Positions 20,622 through 31,647 of a stretch of DNA of 64,000 nucleotides are shown in pieces (within the stretch, counting starts at the first letter, position 1; every line of letters starts with the position of its first letter). This stretch comes from Cyanobacteriota bacterium (GTDB taxonomy: Bacteria; Cyanobacteriota; Cyanobacteriia; Cyanobacteriales; Nostocaceae), in the NCBI GenBank assembly GCA_046045965.1, contig JBJOKS010000012.1, forward strand, positions 1-64,000. The letters run 5' to 3'. A model generated the notes under the pieces. It did no database searches and was not told the origin of the DNA. It worked only from the letters and a program-made list of their open reading frames with translations. A program made the position numbers and the translations under genes.

Positions 20622-21404
20622 ATGCAGAAAACAACCTTGATGCAATTACAAAAACTAATTCCTACAAATTTGTTAAATCAAATTCAATATATCCATGCCA
20701 GTTTACTTTCACAATGGATTTTGCACTGGGGAAGTCAACCCCTAAAATTTAGTGAAGCATCAGCAATGGTTTTTTCTCCCCATCAAGATGATGAAACTTT
20801 CGGTTGTGGTGGAATGATCGCCCAGAAACGACAACAAGGAATAACAGTAGCTGTCACGTTTTTAACCGATGGACGTGGTTCACATGGAACAGATCCAAAT
20901 ATTCAAAATCAAATCATCCAAATTCGTAAAGAAGAGTCTTTAAAAGCATTAGGTATTTTGGGAGTGCAGCCTTCAGAAATTCACTTTTTGGATAAGCAAG
21001 ATGGCACTTTACCAGATTTAAATTCGTCAGAAAGACAACAGACAATAGAGCAGATTTCTAACCTGCTAAAACATTATCAACCAGGAGAAGTTTATGTTCC
21101 GCACCGTAAAGATTGCCATAAAGATCATGAAGCTACATATTACTTAGTTAAAGAAGCGATCGCTCACAGTAAAATTAAAGTAGAACTGCTACAGTATCCT
21201 ATCTGGGTATTTTGGAGAGCGCCATTATTTATCCTCCTGAAATTAAAGGATATTACAGCAGCTTATAGACTCTCAATCACATCAGTACAACAACAGAAAA
21301 AAACAGCGATCGCTGCCTATCCTTCCCAAATAAAAAACTTACCTCGTGGCTTTATTAAACGATTCTTACATTCAGAAGAAATCTTCTTTAAAGCTGAATC
21401 TTAG
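20622..21404 (+). CDS. PIG-L/LmbE family deacetylase
   Basis: SPHQDDE and H.DH motifs. Confidence 0.9.
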   Translation: MQKTTLMQLQKLIPTNLLNQIQYIHASLLSQWILHWGSQPLKFSEASAMVFSPHQDDETFGCGGMIAQKRQQGITVAVTFLTDGRGSHGTDPNIQNQIIQIRKEESLKALGILGVQPSEIHFLDKQDGTLPDLNSSERQQTIEQISNLLKHYQPGEVYVPHRKDCHKDHEATYYLVKEAIAHSKIKVELLQYPIWVFWRAPLFILLKLKDITAAYRLSITSVQQQKKTAIAAYPSQIKNLPRGFIKRFLHSEEIFFKAES

Positions 21405-21408
21405 CTAA

Positions 21409-21493
21409 GACTTACGCAAAAATACTCACACTCTAATTACCATCTATTGTCTGTCTCCTCCGTAGTAAGTTTTTACCTTACTCATGCGTAAGT
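21409..21493. mobile_element. Degenerate MITE-like element
   Basis: Ends ACTTACGCA / TGCGTAAGT. Confidence 0.45.
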
Positions 21494-21549
21494 TATGTTA
21501 CCCATAAATCATCATTTTTGCTAAAAACAATTGCCGTGGAGAAAAATTA

Positions 21550-22662
21550 ATGAGAATCCTACACATTACAAACCATGTCCAAAAAATAGGTAACGGAATA
21601 GTTAATGTAGCAGTAGACTTAGCCTGTTTACAAGCCAAAAAAGGTCTTGAAGTTGCTGTTGCTTCAGCAGGGGGAGAATACGAAACATTATTAACAAATC
21701 ATGGTATTTGTCACTTTCAATTAGATCAATCACGCACACCAGGAAACATCATCAAAGCAGCTTGGCGCTATCAAGAAATCATCAAAGAATTTCAACCAGA
21801 TATTGTCCATGCCCACATGATGACAGGAGTTGTACTCGCAGGAATTTTCAGAAATAGTGGTGAATATAGTTTAGTTTCCACTGTACATAATGAATTTCAA
21901 CGTAGTGCAGTATTAATGGGATTAGCAGATCGGGTAATTGCCGTTAGTCATGCAGTTGCTGATTCCATGATCCGCCGTGGTATCCCAGCCAAAAAATTGC
22001 GCGTAGTTGCTAACGGTACTTTAGGCAGTCCTCGACATAGAAAAATTCAAGATTACCAACCCCTGAAACTGCATCATCCAGCCATCACCACAGTAGCAGG
22101 AATGTATACCCGTAAAGGCATTGGTGACTTAATTGCAGCCTTCAGCCTCATCGCTCAAGATTTTCCCCAAGCCCATCTTTATTTAGTAGGAGATGGACCT
22201 GATCGTGCTATGTTTGAAAGCATGGTTTCAAGCTGCGAGGAACTACGTCAACGCATTCATTTTGAAGGTTTCCAACCAGAACCTCAACGGTATATGTTAT
22301 CCACAGATATCTTTGTTCTCGCTTCACACTGTGAATCATTTGGTTTAGTTTTAACAGAAGCACGAGAAGCCGGTTGTGCAATTGTCGCTAGTGATGTAGA
22401 CGGCATTCCAGAGACTTTAGATCATCGTCAGGCTGGTATCCTAGTACCACCCAAAGATAGCCAAACCTTGGCTAATGCTTTGACACAATTACTCAGCGAT
22501 CGCAAACAATTACAAAACTGGAAATTACGCGCCAAACAAAATCTAGAAAGATTTAGCGCCGTGCGGGTAAGTGAAGAAACATTGACTATATATCGTGAAT
22601 TAACCCATAAATACAACATCATCACCGCCATGAAAACCAGAGAATTCGTAGTAGGTAAATAG
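21550..22662 (+). CDS. GT4 glycosyltransferase
   Basis: ESFGLVLTEA motif. Confidence 0.9.
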   Translation: MRILHITNHVQKIGNGIVNVAVDLACLQAKKGLEVAVASAGGEYETLLTNHGICHFQLDQSRTPGNIIKAAWRYQEIIKEFQPDIVHAHMMTGVVLAGIFRNSGEYSLVSTVHNEFQRSAVLMGLADRVIAVSHAVADSMIRRGIPAKKLRVVANGTLGSPRHRKIQDYQPLKLHHPAITTVAGMYTRKGIGDLIAAFSLIAQDFPQAHLYLVGDGPDRAMFESMVSSCEELRQRIHFEGFQPEPQRYMLSTDIFVLASHCESFGLVLTEAREAGCAIVASDVDGIPETLDHRQAGILVPPKDSQTLANALTQLLSDRKQLQNWKLRAKQNLERFSAVRVSEETLTIYRELTHKYNIITAMKTREFVVGK

Positions 22663-22704
22663 CCATCATCAACTGCGTACAAATCTACCCACCTATCCCC
22701 TATT

Positions 22705-23583
22705 CTATATATCAATCATTTCCTTTTGGCTGAGATACATAGCAATTCCTTTCTCATAATAAGCAGCCTCATTGATAAAAATAGGATAAACAGTAGACTC
22801 TCCCTCATAAAGAATTTCTTTGTTTTCAAAAGTTAGAAAAATTGGATCACCAGGATGCAGAGGTTCATAATCCCGAAATTGAAGATGGGGGTGAATCATA
22901 GCTTGAATCTCCCCATTTTCATTTCTAGGGTAATCAACTGCACCAAGAGATTGATAAAGTGTCAACGTATTCTTAGTTGGCGTAACTTTACCTTGGTTAT
23001 AATCTTCAAAATAGTCCAACACAGCATAAATAAGTTGCTCTGTTTGTTGAAACAATTCCGCATTTAAAATACCTTGAGCTACAGCACCGACCTCTATAGC
23101 AAAACCCAAATCACTTAAAGAACGGAGAAAACCACTATTTCTAGGTTGCTGATGACTATAGACTTTTACCAAAGGATTAATTGCACTCAAATTAGCCGCC
23201 AACTTCAGTAATAAGGGGTGCATATTACCCAGAATAATACATAATCCCATGTTAGCGGTAGTTGTATGTAAATCAATAATTACATCTACCAAATCCTGAT
23301 TTTGTGGTTGCAATATCTGTTGAATTTCCCTAGCTCTTAATTCCTCATAGCTAGAAGTTTTGTCATCTAGTAAATTCTGTCCAGTAAAGCAACGATTTAA
23401 ATCTTTGTCGATGTATCTTCTTCTAGCGGCAATAGCTTTGGGATTACCAAGTAATGAAAAAGTTTCAAAATTTTCTTTCTTGATTAAATCTGGATATTTT
23501 TGAAATTTTTTAACCAGATAAACTCCTATTAATTCATTACCGTGACTTCCCCCCACAATTGCCACCCGATTGATTTGATTCAT
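22705..23583 (-). CDS. Aspartoacylase (AstE/AspA family)
   Basis: [35 protein letters not shown] before ATG 23583. Confidence 0.93.
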   Translation of the reverse strand: MNQINRVAIVGGSHGNELIGVYLVKKFQKYPDLIKKENFETFSLLGNPKAIAARRRYIDKDLNRCFTGQNLLDDKTSSYEELRAREIQQILQPQNQDLVDVIIDLHTTTANMGLCIILGNMHPLLLKLAANLSAINPLVKVYSHQQPRNSGFLRSLSDLGFAIEVGAVAQGILNAELFQQTEQLIYAVLDYFEDYNQGKVTPTKNTLTLYQSLGAVDYPRNENGEIQAMIHPHLQFRDYEPLHPGDPIFLTFENKEILYEGESTVYPIFINEAAYYEKGIAMYLSQKEMIDI

Positions 23584-23820
23584 AATCACCTCATATATAC
23601 GAAAAACTGCCAAAAAGCCGCTTTATTATAAATTAAATTAACCCTAATTAATATTAGTTAATCAGGAGCATTTTGGTAATAAAACATAGCAATGATTATA
23701 TATCATTACGCTATCAAATTCCCGACTTCTCTAATTCTCTAAGAAATCGGGAATCTTTTTGTTCACTAGAGAAACTTTGGGTTCTCTCCTTTGCGGACTG
23801 CTGAATGCTGGCCAGATTAA

Positions 23821-25254
23821 CTATATCTTCATTCCCTGATGTCGATAGTATTTATGTGCTGCCATAGCCATAGCCAAAAAACCCCACATAATCATACCTG
23901 AAACACTTAACATCCCACTATAGATAATCAACTGAGCGCAGGAACTGATACCAATAGCACGAGACGCACTGACAAAACTATCAAACTGACCTTCAGTATA
24001 CTGACTAACACTGACAAGTATCAAGATCAAACCGCCAACATAGGGTATAGCACCGAACCAACCCAAAGTAAAAAACATATCTAAGATGCCACTGTCAATG
24101 ACAACAACCTCAATTTGTCCAGTTTTTTCATTAACTTTCCATGTATTTCCTAAACCACTACCAAGACCAGTAGAAAGGGCTAAATTGAGACTGCGCTCAT
24201 AAGTTGCTGATCGATCCTGAAAACTACTATCTTTTTCCAGATTAGAAAAACTTTCTAAACGAGTAGTCACGACTTTAGAGATAGGTTCAATAGTTACCAA
24301 TGGTACTACACACATAGCCATCACTAAAATGATCATAATTAAGCGCATTTGAATCCGCGCCTTCACAGAACCCAAAATTATAATTATCCCTAATAACCAG
24401 CCACCCCAATTAGTACGTACTTGCGAAAGTAAAAATGACAAATATCCAGCTGCTGAGGCAGGAAAAATTAATGGACCAGAACTGGTAAATAATAATAACA
24501 AACCAGCTTGCATAACTGAACCAAATGGACCAGATGAGTGCAGCGTACTCCAAACCCTCATACCAAAAGGTACAGGATCTCCTGCACTGGTAAACATTTT
24601 TGATTCTATTAGCCAATATCTGTCCCACTCAGGAGCAACCACAAATTGATAGATACCATAGGCTCCTAATATTAAAACACCCCATAAAAATACCCGTTGA
24701 ATGTGCTGACGATAGCTGGGATAATCTCGCCAATTCATAAATAGGTGAAAAGCGAAGATAATGGGACTCAACCAATCCAGAAAACCGCGGATAACAGAAA
24801 TTGGTTGATTGAAAATTAAACCGATCAAACACCCATAAAAAACCCCAATAAAACCTAAAACAAAAGGTAAACCGCCTTGATGAACAGCACGAGGTAAATG
24901 TTTGATAAAAGTAGCAATAGTGACAAATACCACCAAGTATGGTGCAACCAGCATTTGACGGGTGGGGTCCCAACCAATTCGATAGTCAACTAAACGAGTT
25001 AGAAAAGGTGTGAGAAACCAGATCCACCAAGTAAAGCCGATGTAGAGAATGGGATGACGCAAGTATAAAAATACAGCTACCAGTAAAGAGGTGGCGGGAA
25101 AAACTAAGCGTAACAAGCCAGCAGCACCGCCAAAATAGCAAGTTGCTATGAGCAAGAGAAAGCCAGCAATGACTATCCAACTCTGTGCTGCTCTTTTTTC
25201 TGGAGAATAGTTTGATTGTAAAAAACTATTGAAAAGTATTTGTTTGGAAATCAC
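23821..25254 (-). CDS. O-antigen ligase/Wzy-like polytopic membrane protein (alr2841-like)
   Basis: Many TM segments; last gene of the HEP run; GTG at 25254 preferred. Confidence 0.75.
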   Translation of the reverse strand: MISKQILFNSFLQSNYSPEKRAAQSWIVIAGFLLLIATCYFGGAAGLLRLVFPATSLLVAVFLYLRHPILYIGFTWWIWFLTPFLTRLVDYRIGWDPTRQMLVAPYLVVFVTIATFIKHLPRAVHQGGLPFVLGFIGVFYGCLIGLIFNQPISVIRGFLDWLSPIIFAFHLFMNWRDYPSYRQHIQRVFLWGVLILGAYGIYQFVVAPEWDRYWLIESKMFTSAGDPVPFGMRVWSTLHSSGPFGSVMQAGLLLLFTSSGPLIFPASAAGYLSFLLSQVRTNWGGWLLGIIIILGSVKARIQMRLIMIILVMAMCVVPLVTIEPISKVVTTRLESFSNLEKDSSFQDRSATYERSLNLALSTGLGSGLGNTWKVNEKTGQIEVVVIDSGILDMFFTLGWFGAIPYVGGLILILVSVSQYTEGQFDSFVSASRAIGISSCAQLIIYSGMLSVSGMIMWGFLAMAMAAHKYYRHQGMKI

Positions 25255-25274
25255 TTTTTTGGGAATGGGTAATT

Positions 25275-26225
25275 TTATTGAATTATGAATTTTGAATTCT
25301 GAATTCTCAATTGATTTGTTTGCCATCCTTGCCATCGTCCCCGCCAAGATGCTTGCAATTTTTTATTCATAATTGTGCCTTGACTGGGGAAAAATCTCAG
25401 CCATTGAACTAGTCCTATATTTTCCCTTGTACCTATGAATATTGCCCAGAATAAAAAGACAATCCGGCGTAAAGGGGATAGATGTTCTAATAAAACTAGA
25501 GTTTCATTATGAACTAAGTTAGTAAAGGCAATTTCATTAAAATTTTCGCGCTGGTCTTCATCAAAACGTTGGGCTGGATAGTGGTCTACGGCAACACTAG
25601 GATCATAAATAATTTTCCAACCTGCTCGCTTGAGAGTCAAGGTAAATGCCATTTCAAAATGTACCTGTGCGCCAGTACCTCGCATCCTTTGATCAAATCG
25701 TAAATTCCCCATTGCCTGGGTGCGAAAACTCATATTTACACCCTTGAGGATATCAACTTCACGGGGTTTTCCTATTCCTAAATGATGGTTGCCAATTACT
25801 CGCCCAAACCACTGTAAACGGCCAACTGTTAAGCAGGAACCGTCTTCTATCTTTTCGCCTTGGTGTATCCAGTCACGTCCACCTACACCACCTATGCAAC
25901 CATCGCTTTGAAAGTGAGCAGTGATTTTTTCTAGCCAGTCAGGATGGGGAGCAGCATCATCATCAGTAATGGAAAGAATGTCTCCCTCTACTGCTGCTAG
26001 TCCGGCGTTGAGAGCGGCTACTACTCCCGGTTGTGTGACTGTGACAATTTGCAATGGTAGGTTGTGGGGGTGAAATTCCCTCAAGAATTGCCAAGTTTCG
26101 GTATCTGTATCCCGGACTACTACAATTACCTGAGCAACTGGTTTAGTTTGGGCTTGCAGTGCGGTAAGGCAGCGTGATAGGTCTTGAGGACGGCGATAGG
26201 TGGGGATGAGAACTGTGTTCCTCAT
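25275..26225 (-). CDS. GT2 glycosyltransferase
   Basis: VLIPTYRRP and TDDD motifs. Confidence 0.9.
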   Translation of the reverse strand: MRNTVLIPTYRRPQDLSRCLTALQAQTKPVAQVIVVVRDTDTETWQFLREFHPHNLPLQIVTVTQPGVVAALNAGLAAVEGDILSITDDDAAPHPDWLEKITAHFQSDGCIGGVGGRDWIHQGEKIEDGSCLTVGRLQWFGRVIGNHHLGIGKPREVDILKGVNMSFRTQAMGNLRFDQRMRGTGAQVHFEMAFTLTLKRAGWKIIYDPSVAVDHYPAQRFDEDQRENFNEIAFTNLVHNETLVLLEHLSPLRRIVFLFWAIFIGTRENIGLVQWLRFFPSQGTIMNKKLQASWRGRWQGWQTNQLRIQNSKFIIQ

Positions 26226-27342
26226 TTTTGATTAACTCTGCAAATAAATCTAAATAGGTTTGTGCCATCATTGTCCAGCTATGTTGTTCAGCAACTGTGC
26301 GAGCTGCTTTACCCATTTGCTGACATAGTGAATCATCTTGTAAAGATAACAAGGCGGAAGCTAAAGCATTTATGTCGTCTGTATCAGGTAAAATAATTCC
26401 CGCTTCTGGTGTGACTAATTCCGCACCTCCTGTAGCAGCAGCAGTGATGACAGGTAAGCCGGAAGCTAATGCTTCTAACAACACAAGACTGCAAGCTTCA
26501 TATCGTGAAGGAAAAACAAAGAAATCTACAGCCCGCATCATCTCGGCTATATCTCGTCGATATCCCAAAAAATGTACTCGTTCAGTGATGCTCAAAGCAT
26601 TTGCTAATTCTGGAAAGGGACTACCTTCTGTTTTTCCTACTACAGCTAGATGTAAATTGGGAACTTGTACTAAGGCTTGCAGAATTGAATCTAAGTTTTT
26701 TCTAGTTGTGCGAATGTCTCCAGCAAATAAGGCTAAAGTTACATTTTCTGGTAAACCCAATTTTTGCCGAGAAGTCACACCGGGAGAAAATTCTTGTAAG
26801 TCAACTCCATTAACAATAATGCGAATTTTGTCGCGGGGTACACCAATATTAACTAATTCATCAGCTACTTTTGTAGATACGGCAATCACAACTTTTGTTT
26901 GCTGGAAGGCTTGTTTTTCCCAATAGGAATTGAGTGCAGTATATAGCCACTGATATAAACCATATAAATCTCGACGTTGCCGGGAAATATGTACAGGCGA
27001 TCGCCACCAGGAACTATGAACAAAATGCACGGCATTTACATCAGTAGCACCTTTAGTAATTGCACCATTGACTTTAATTAAATCAACTTCCTGCCGATGT
27101 TTTCGCAACCACTCGCCGCTTTTTTGAGCAAACACGAAATTGCGAATAAATTCACTGTTATATCTATTGACGGGAATCTTAATCCAATTTACCAGGCTAT
27201 TTTCTTCTAGTTCAGGTGCTATTTCACTGGCTAATAACGTCAAATGATGACCACGACGAATTGCTTCTAGAGCAACTTCATAATTTACTCGTCCCTGACC
27301 ATCACCTTTTCTGATTTTATGAGTAACAATGCAAAGTTTCAC
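26143..27342 (-). CDS. GT4 glycosyltransferase
   Basis: SRYEACSLVLLEA motif. Confidence 0.9.
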   Translation of the reverse strand: MKLCIVTHKIRKGDGQGRVNYEVALEAIRRGHHLTLLASEIAPELEENSLVNWIKIPVNRYNSEFIRNFVFAQKSGEWLRKHRQEVDLIKVNGAITKGATDVNAVHFVHSSWWRSPVHISRQRRDLYGLYQWLYTALNSYWEKQAFQQTKVVIAVSTKVADELVNIGVPRDKIRIIVNGVDLQEFSPGVTSRQKLGLPENVTLALFAGDIRTTRKNLDSILQALVQVPNLHLAVVGKTEGSPFPELANALSITERVHFLGYRRDIAEMMRAVDFFVFPSRYEACSLVLLEALASGLPVITAAATGGAELVTPEAGIILPDTDDINALASALLSLQDDSLCQQMGKAARTVAEQHSWTMMAQTYLDLFAELIKNEEHSSHPHLSPSSRPITLPYRTASPN

Positions 27343-27394
27343 TCATTACCTCTCTATTTTATAAATTTCTCACCGATAAAAAATAAGTCAATAT

Positions 27395-28387
27395 TTAGTA
27401 AACACTTAGTAATTTATTAGTTAATATTTGCGGTGTAAAACTCAGAGCAAGTGCTATTAAAGTCCGCAAATTAAATCTTTGTTCCTGTAAGGCTTGCCAA
27501 AAATAAGAACGTGCTGCTGTGGTTTGTTGATCTAACATCAAGCCAATTCCTAAAGTTGTATGTGCTTCTAACCATAGCTTTCTAAAATGTGAATGAAACT
27601 GCTGTAAACGTATATCTTCCATAAAGACTTTGTAACAGAAAATTTCACTTTTAGCTTTGCGAATTTTTGCCTGTATATTGCGTCTACCACTGAGCATGGT
27701 ATCTGTTTGCTCATGCTCACGATAATAGGTCAATTTTTCTGGACAATAGTAAACACCATACCCTGATATACAACACAAGTAAGTTAAATATAAATCCCAC
27801 ATTCCCCCAACTTCTGAAGGAATGCTATCCCAATTAATCAAACCATTACGAATTACACAAGCTGCTGCTGTAGCTATACTTTTATCAACTAAACCAATTT
27901 TTTGAAACTCCTGATGAATTCCTAAAGCGATTTGATCACGCTTGTAGCTGCGTGAATTTTCTTCAGTTGCAGCATGATCAATTTCACTCTGAGCATTGAT
28001 AATATATTGGTCACAAAAAGCTAGAATTAAATCAGAATTTGCTTCTAGATGTGGTACAAGTTTGGCTAGAAAATCTTGATGCCACATATCATCATCATGG
28101 AGACTAGCTACATATTTTCCTTTTGCCATTTTAAAGGCATTGATCTGATTATTTAGCATCCCCACATTTTCTGGATGTCGCCAAAATTTAATGCGTGGAT
28201 CAGCAAAAGATTCAACTAAACTTTGAGTATTTTCAGGACTACAATTATCAGAAACAATAATTTCAATGTTTTGATAAGTTTGTTTAATTGCGCTATAAAT
28301 TGCTTGTTTTAGGTATTCTAGTCGGTTATAAGTAGGGATGATAATGCTAACTAGAGGTTCAGGTAATTTATCATTAATAAACATCAT
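27395..28387 (-). CDS. GT2 glycosyltransferase
   Basis: VSIIIPTYNR, DNCS and LHDDD motifs. Confidence 0.92.
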   Translation of the reverse strand: MMFINDKLPEPLVSIIIPTYNRLEYLKQAIYSAIKQTYQNIEIIVSDNCSPENTQSLVESFADPRIKFWRHPENVGMLNNQINAFKMAKGKYVASLHDDDMWHQDFLAKLVPHLEANSDLILAFCDQYIINAQSEIDHAATEENSRSYKRDQIALGIHQEFQKIGLVDKSIATAAACVIRNGLINWDSIPSEVGGMWDLYLTYLCCISGYGVYYCPEKLTYYREHEQTDTMLSGRRNIQAKIRKAKSEIFCYKVFMEDIRLQQFHSHFRKLWLEAHTTLGIGLMLDQQTTAARSYFWQALQEQRFNLRTLIALALSFTPQILTNKLLSVY

Positions 28388-28508
28388 TTCAACTCATTAT
28401 ATTGGCAACAGTGAAAGGAAAGAAATAACCGCAAATAAGATCCAATTGTTTAAGGTTTTTAATTAGCAATTGATAACTGTAAAATTCCCTAAAGATAATA
28501 ATTTCTCT

Positions 28509-29675
28509 TCAGGCTGTTACCAAAGTTACGAATTTATTTTCCTGAGTTAATGGCTGTTGGTAAATTGTTTCCAAGAAACGTAATGCAGTCGGCACTGGAC
28601 TGTAATTTTCAATTGCCCATATTCTTCCTTCTAAAGCAATTCTTTCTAAAATTCCTGGATCATCAGCTATTCTATCTATAGCAGCTTGTACGTTGTCTAA
28701 ATCTATGCCAATATAATGCCGCCAATTTTCAGGCATTACAGGAAGACAAATCCCATATTTCTCAAAATCCAAATGAAAAGTAGTACATCCCGCTGCTAAT
28801 GACTCCCAAAATCGCCAACTATCCCACTGTACAATTGTGTTAGATTTTAATCGTAAATTACTGAGAAGATGCTTACCCATACGATTCATGAAATTGCCAG
28901 GATTCTGAGGCCAACTAGGAATAAAAAAGCCTCCAAAACAAGCACAGGCAGTTGCATTTTTGAGGCGGTTGTAATAAGTTGGATAATGCCTTTTACCTGT
29001 TTGCAACCATTGTAATTCATGATATGCTTCCGCTGAACGTTCATGAGGATTATCAATACTATTATCAATTTCCAAAAGATTACTAATTTGGGGTATGAAT
29101 AAACTAGAACTGATATTCCTAACTGGATGACCTTTTTTCCAATGCCTAAAATTAATCAGAATCTGCTTTTTTCGTTGATCAAAATTGGGGGGTTCCTTAA
29201 GTTCTTGTAAAATGCGATTACTCAAACCAAAAGCCCAAGGATAAAAATTATCTCCATATTTTAGTTTACGGTTATAATGAGTGCGAAAGATCAAATCAAA
29301 CTGCTTAAATTCTGGTCTTTGAATGTATGTCTTGTCATTATCCTCTCCATCCAAATAAACAGTTATATATTGACGTTTGCGGTGAAATAAATTCTCAGGT
29401 AAATCATAATTAATATTAAACCAATTGTTTGCCAAAACTACAAGAGAACAATCATCGGGTGTAATATCTGGTTGATAACGAAATAAATATTTTTCTTCTT
29501 CAGTTGACTCTTGCCAGTAGTTGACATTAGAAAAAAATGATATCCCCAGTTCCCGAAAACCTTCTGCTAAACAAATAAACAAATGTTGAAACTTATCGCC
29601 TGAATTAATTTCTTCTCTGGGGTCACAGAAAAAATATACTTTGCCATTAAATTTATCTGGAAGATTGCTAATCAT
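28509..29675 (-). CDS. Putative GT-B-type glycosyltransferase-like protein
   Basis: C-terminal SWRFWESLAAGC...ILERIALEGR motif; operon context. Confidence 0.6.
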   Translation of the reverse strand: MISNLPDKFNGKVYFFCDPREEINSGDKFQHLFICLAEGFRELGISFFSNVNYWQESTEEEKYLFRYQPDITPDDCSLVVLANNWFNINYDLPENLFHRKRQYITVYLDGEDNDKTYIQRPEFKQFDLIFRTHYNRKLKYGDNFYPWAFGLSNRILQELKEPPNFDQRKKQILINFRHWKKGHPVRNISSSLFIPQISNLLEIDNSIDNPHERSAEAYHELQWLQTGKRHYPTYYNRLKNATACACFGGFFIPSWPQNPGNFMNRMGKHLLSNLRLKSNTIVQWDSWRFWESLAAGCTTFHLDFEKYGICLPVMPENWRHYIGIDLDNVQAAIDRIADDPGILERIALEGRIWAIENYSPVPTALRFLETIYQQPLTQENKFVTLVTA

Positions 29676-29756
29676 GTTTCTCCTATTGATTTAGTTAATT
29701 TTTTTGACATAAACTCAAGATAATTGGATAATTTATTATGAATTTATCCTCATCTG

Positions 29757-31586
29757 TTATCTCACTTCATTTTGGATTTGATAATATTTCCAAAATTTAC
29801 CACGTTGTTTTAGTAATTCTTGATATATGCCTTGTTCCACAATTTTTCCTTGTTCAATCACTACCACTTTATCTGCTTTGGAAATTGTAGAAAGTCGATG
29901 GGCAATCACAATTACTGTTCGACCTATGGTAAATTTATCTAACAATTCTTGAATTACTTGCTCTGTGATTGAATCTAAAGCACTGGTTGGTTCGTCTAAA
30001 ATCAAAATTTCTGGATTTCTTACCAAAGCACGAGCAATAACAATCCTCTGTTGTTGTCCTCCAGATAATTGAATACCATCAGCACCGATTAGGGTATCAA
30101 AGCCTTGAGGCAATTTTTCGATAAATTCTAGAGCATTTGCTAGACGTGCAGCTTCTATAATTTCTGCCTCAGTTGCTGCTGATGTTCCATAGGAAATATT
30201 GTTGCGAATGGAAGTATTGAAAATAAATGTTTTTTGACTAACTATCGCCATTTTGCGGCGCAGAGATTCAATTTCAAATTCCCTTAAATTTACTCCATCT
30301 ATCAGAATTCTTCCGTCTATTGGCTCGTAAAATCTGGCAATTAAATCAGCAAGTGTTGTTTTACCACCACCAGATGCACCAACTAAGGCAATCATTTTCC
30401 CTTTTTCAATCGTCAGCGTAATATCTTTGAGTACCAGATTATTAGGTTCATAACCAAAATTCACAGCTATGATATCTATAACTCGCTGTAATCCATTAAA
30501 CTGAAGATGTCCATTTTGGAAGTAAATTTTATCATCTGTTTTTAAGATATCCTTGATATTTTCTACCGCCCCGGCTTGGGTACTTAAAAAAGCTATCACG
30601 CCATTCAAATCCTGAGTCATTGGCACGATGCGAAACAGCACAAAGAAGAAAGTTAATAAGGTAGAAACTTGCATTAATCCTGTCACTAATGCCACACAAA
30701 TCAGAGTGACCAGAATCATGGTAGCTATACTTTCTGCCAAAGGTCTAACTAGCAGAGAAATCCAATAAACTCTCTTCCAAGCCTTAACTATATTGCCACT
30801 GGCTTGATTATATCGTTGCCGTTCAAATTCTTGAGTATAAAAAGCATGAACTGTGCGTATACCTTCGATAAATTCTAACGCCCTAGAAGTAAAATGATCA
30901 TTATCCTTTGTAATTTGAAAACTACGTTCTCTAATTTGTTTGTTTAATGTTGATAATGCTACTGCTAAAAGACCAAACAACAAAACAGAAATTATTGAAA
31001 GTTGCCATGACAGGACAAACAATGAAATTGAATAAACTGTTAGAGTTAAAGTTCTGGTGACTAAAAAAGCCATCCCGCCAAAAATTTGTCTAATCCTCTC
31101 CATTTCATTGGTGAGAGTATTAATTAATTCTCCAGAGCTTTTTTTGCCAAAATAACTCAGGCTTTGAGCCGCTAATTGTTCAAAAATTCGTTTACGGAGA
31201 TTATCGACTAAATTTATTTCACTAAACTGGATACAAATGTGTCCTAGATAGTTTAATGATGCACGTATACAGGTGGTGATGATGATTAAAGCCGATACTC
31301 GATATAACCGCTCTGTTGCTGAACCATTAATTCCTAAAATCACAATATCAAACCAGTCAATTCCTGTTTTCACAGGTTCAGCACTAGGAGTAGTTAAGCT
31401 TTGTAGAAAAACTAGCAAAAAACCTAAGCCAAACCCTTCAAAACTGGCGGCTAAAGTTGAAAAAACTATAGCTAAAATTGCTGTCAATCGAAAATGTTTA
31501 AATTCTCGTAATATTAAATGATAATTTTGACCAAAACTCGTAGCTTTGAAGATTTTTAATATTGCTGTAGGAAATTTGAGATACAT
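29757..31586 (-). CDS. hepA: ABC transporter (TMD+NBD), heterocyst envelope HepA
   Basis: GASGGGKT, LSGGQQQR, LILDEP; lies downstream of hepC. Confidence 0.88.
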   Translation of the reverse strand: MYLKFPTAILKIFKATSFGQNYHLILREFKHFRLTAILAIVFSTLAASFEGFGLGFLLVFLQSLTTPSAEPVKTGIDWFDIVILGINGSATERLYRVSALIIITTCIRASLNYLGHICIQFSEINLVDNLRKRIFEQLAAQSLSYFGKKSSGELINTLTNEMERIRQIFGGMAFLVTRTLTLTVYSISLFVLSWQLSIISVLLFGLLAVALSTLNKQIRERSFQITKDNDHFTSRALEFIEGIRTVHAFYTQEFERQRYNQASGNIVKAWKRVYWISLLVRPLAESIATMILVTLICVALVTGLMQVSTLLTFFFVLFRIVPMTQDLNGVIAFLSTQAGAVENIKDILKTDDKIYFQNGHLQFNGLQRVIDIIAVNFGYEPNNLVLKDITLTIEKGKMIALVGASGGGKTTLADLIARFYEPIDGRILIDGVNLREFEIESLRRKMAIVSQKTFIFNTSIRNNISYGTSAATEAEIIEAARLANALEFIEKLPQGFDTLIGADGIQLSGGQQQRIVIARALVRNPEILILDEPTSALDSITEQVIQELLDKFTIGRTVIVIAHRLSTISKADKVVVIEQGKIVEQGIYQELLKQRGKFWKYYQIQNEVR

Positions 31587-31647
31587 AAAAATTCGGGAAG
31601 ATAATTTTCAGAATTAAGTGCAGTCGAGCAAAAGAAATGCAATATCC

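Noticed and set aside
26143..26225. 83-bp overlap between GT4 and GT2 as a possible frameshift or pseudogene
   Set aside because: Both GT domains look complete; the overlap is only a low-complexity tail
26372..26926. 184-aa antisense ORF (likewise 47666-48196, 9221-9529, 11307-11654 and other nested ORFs)
   Set aside because: They lie wholly opposite or within well-supported genes and show no motifs
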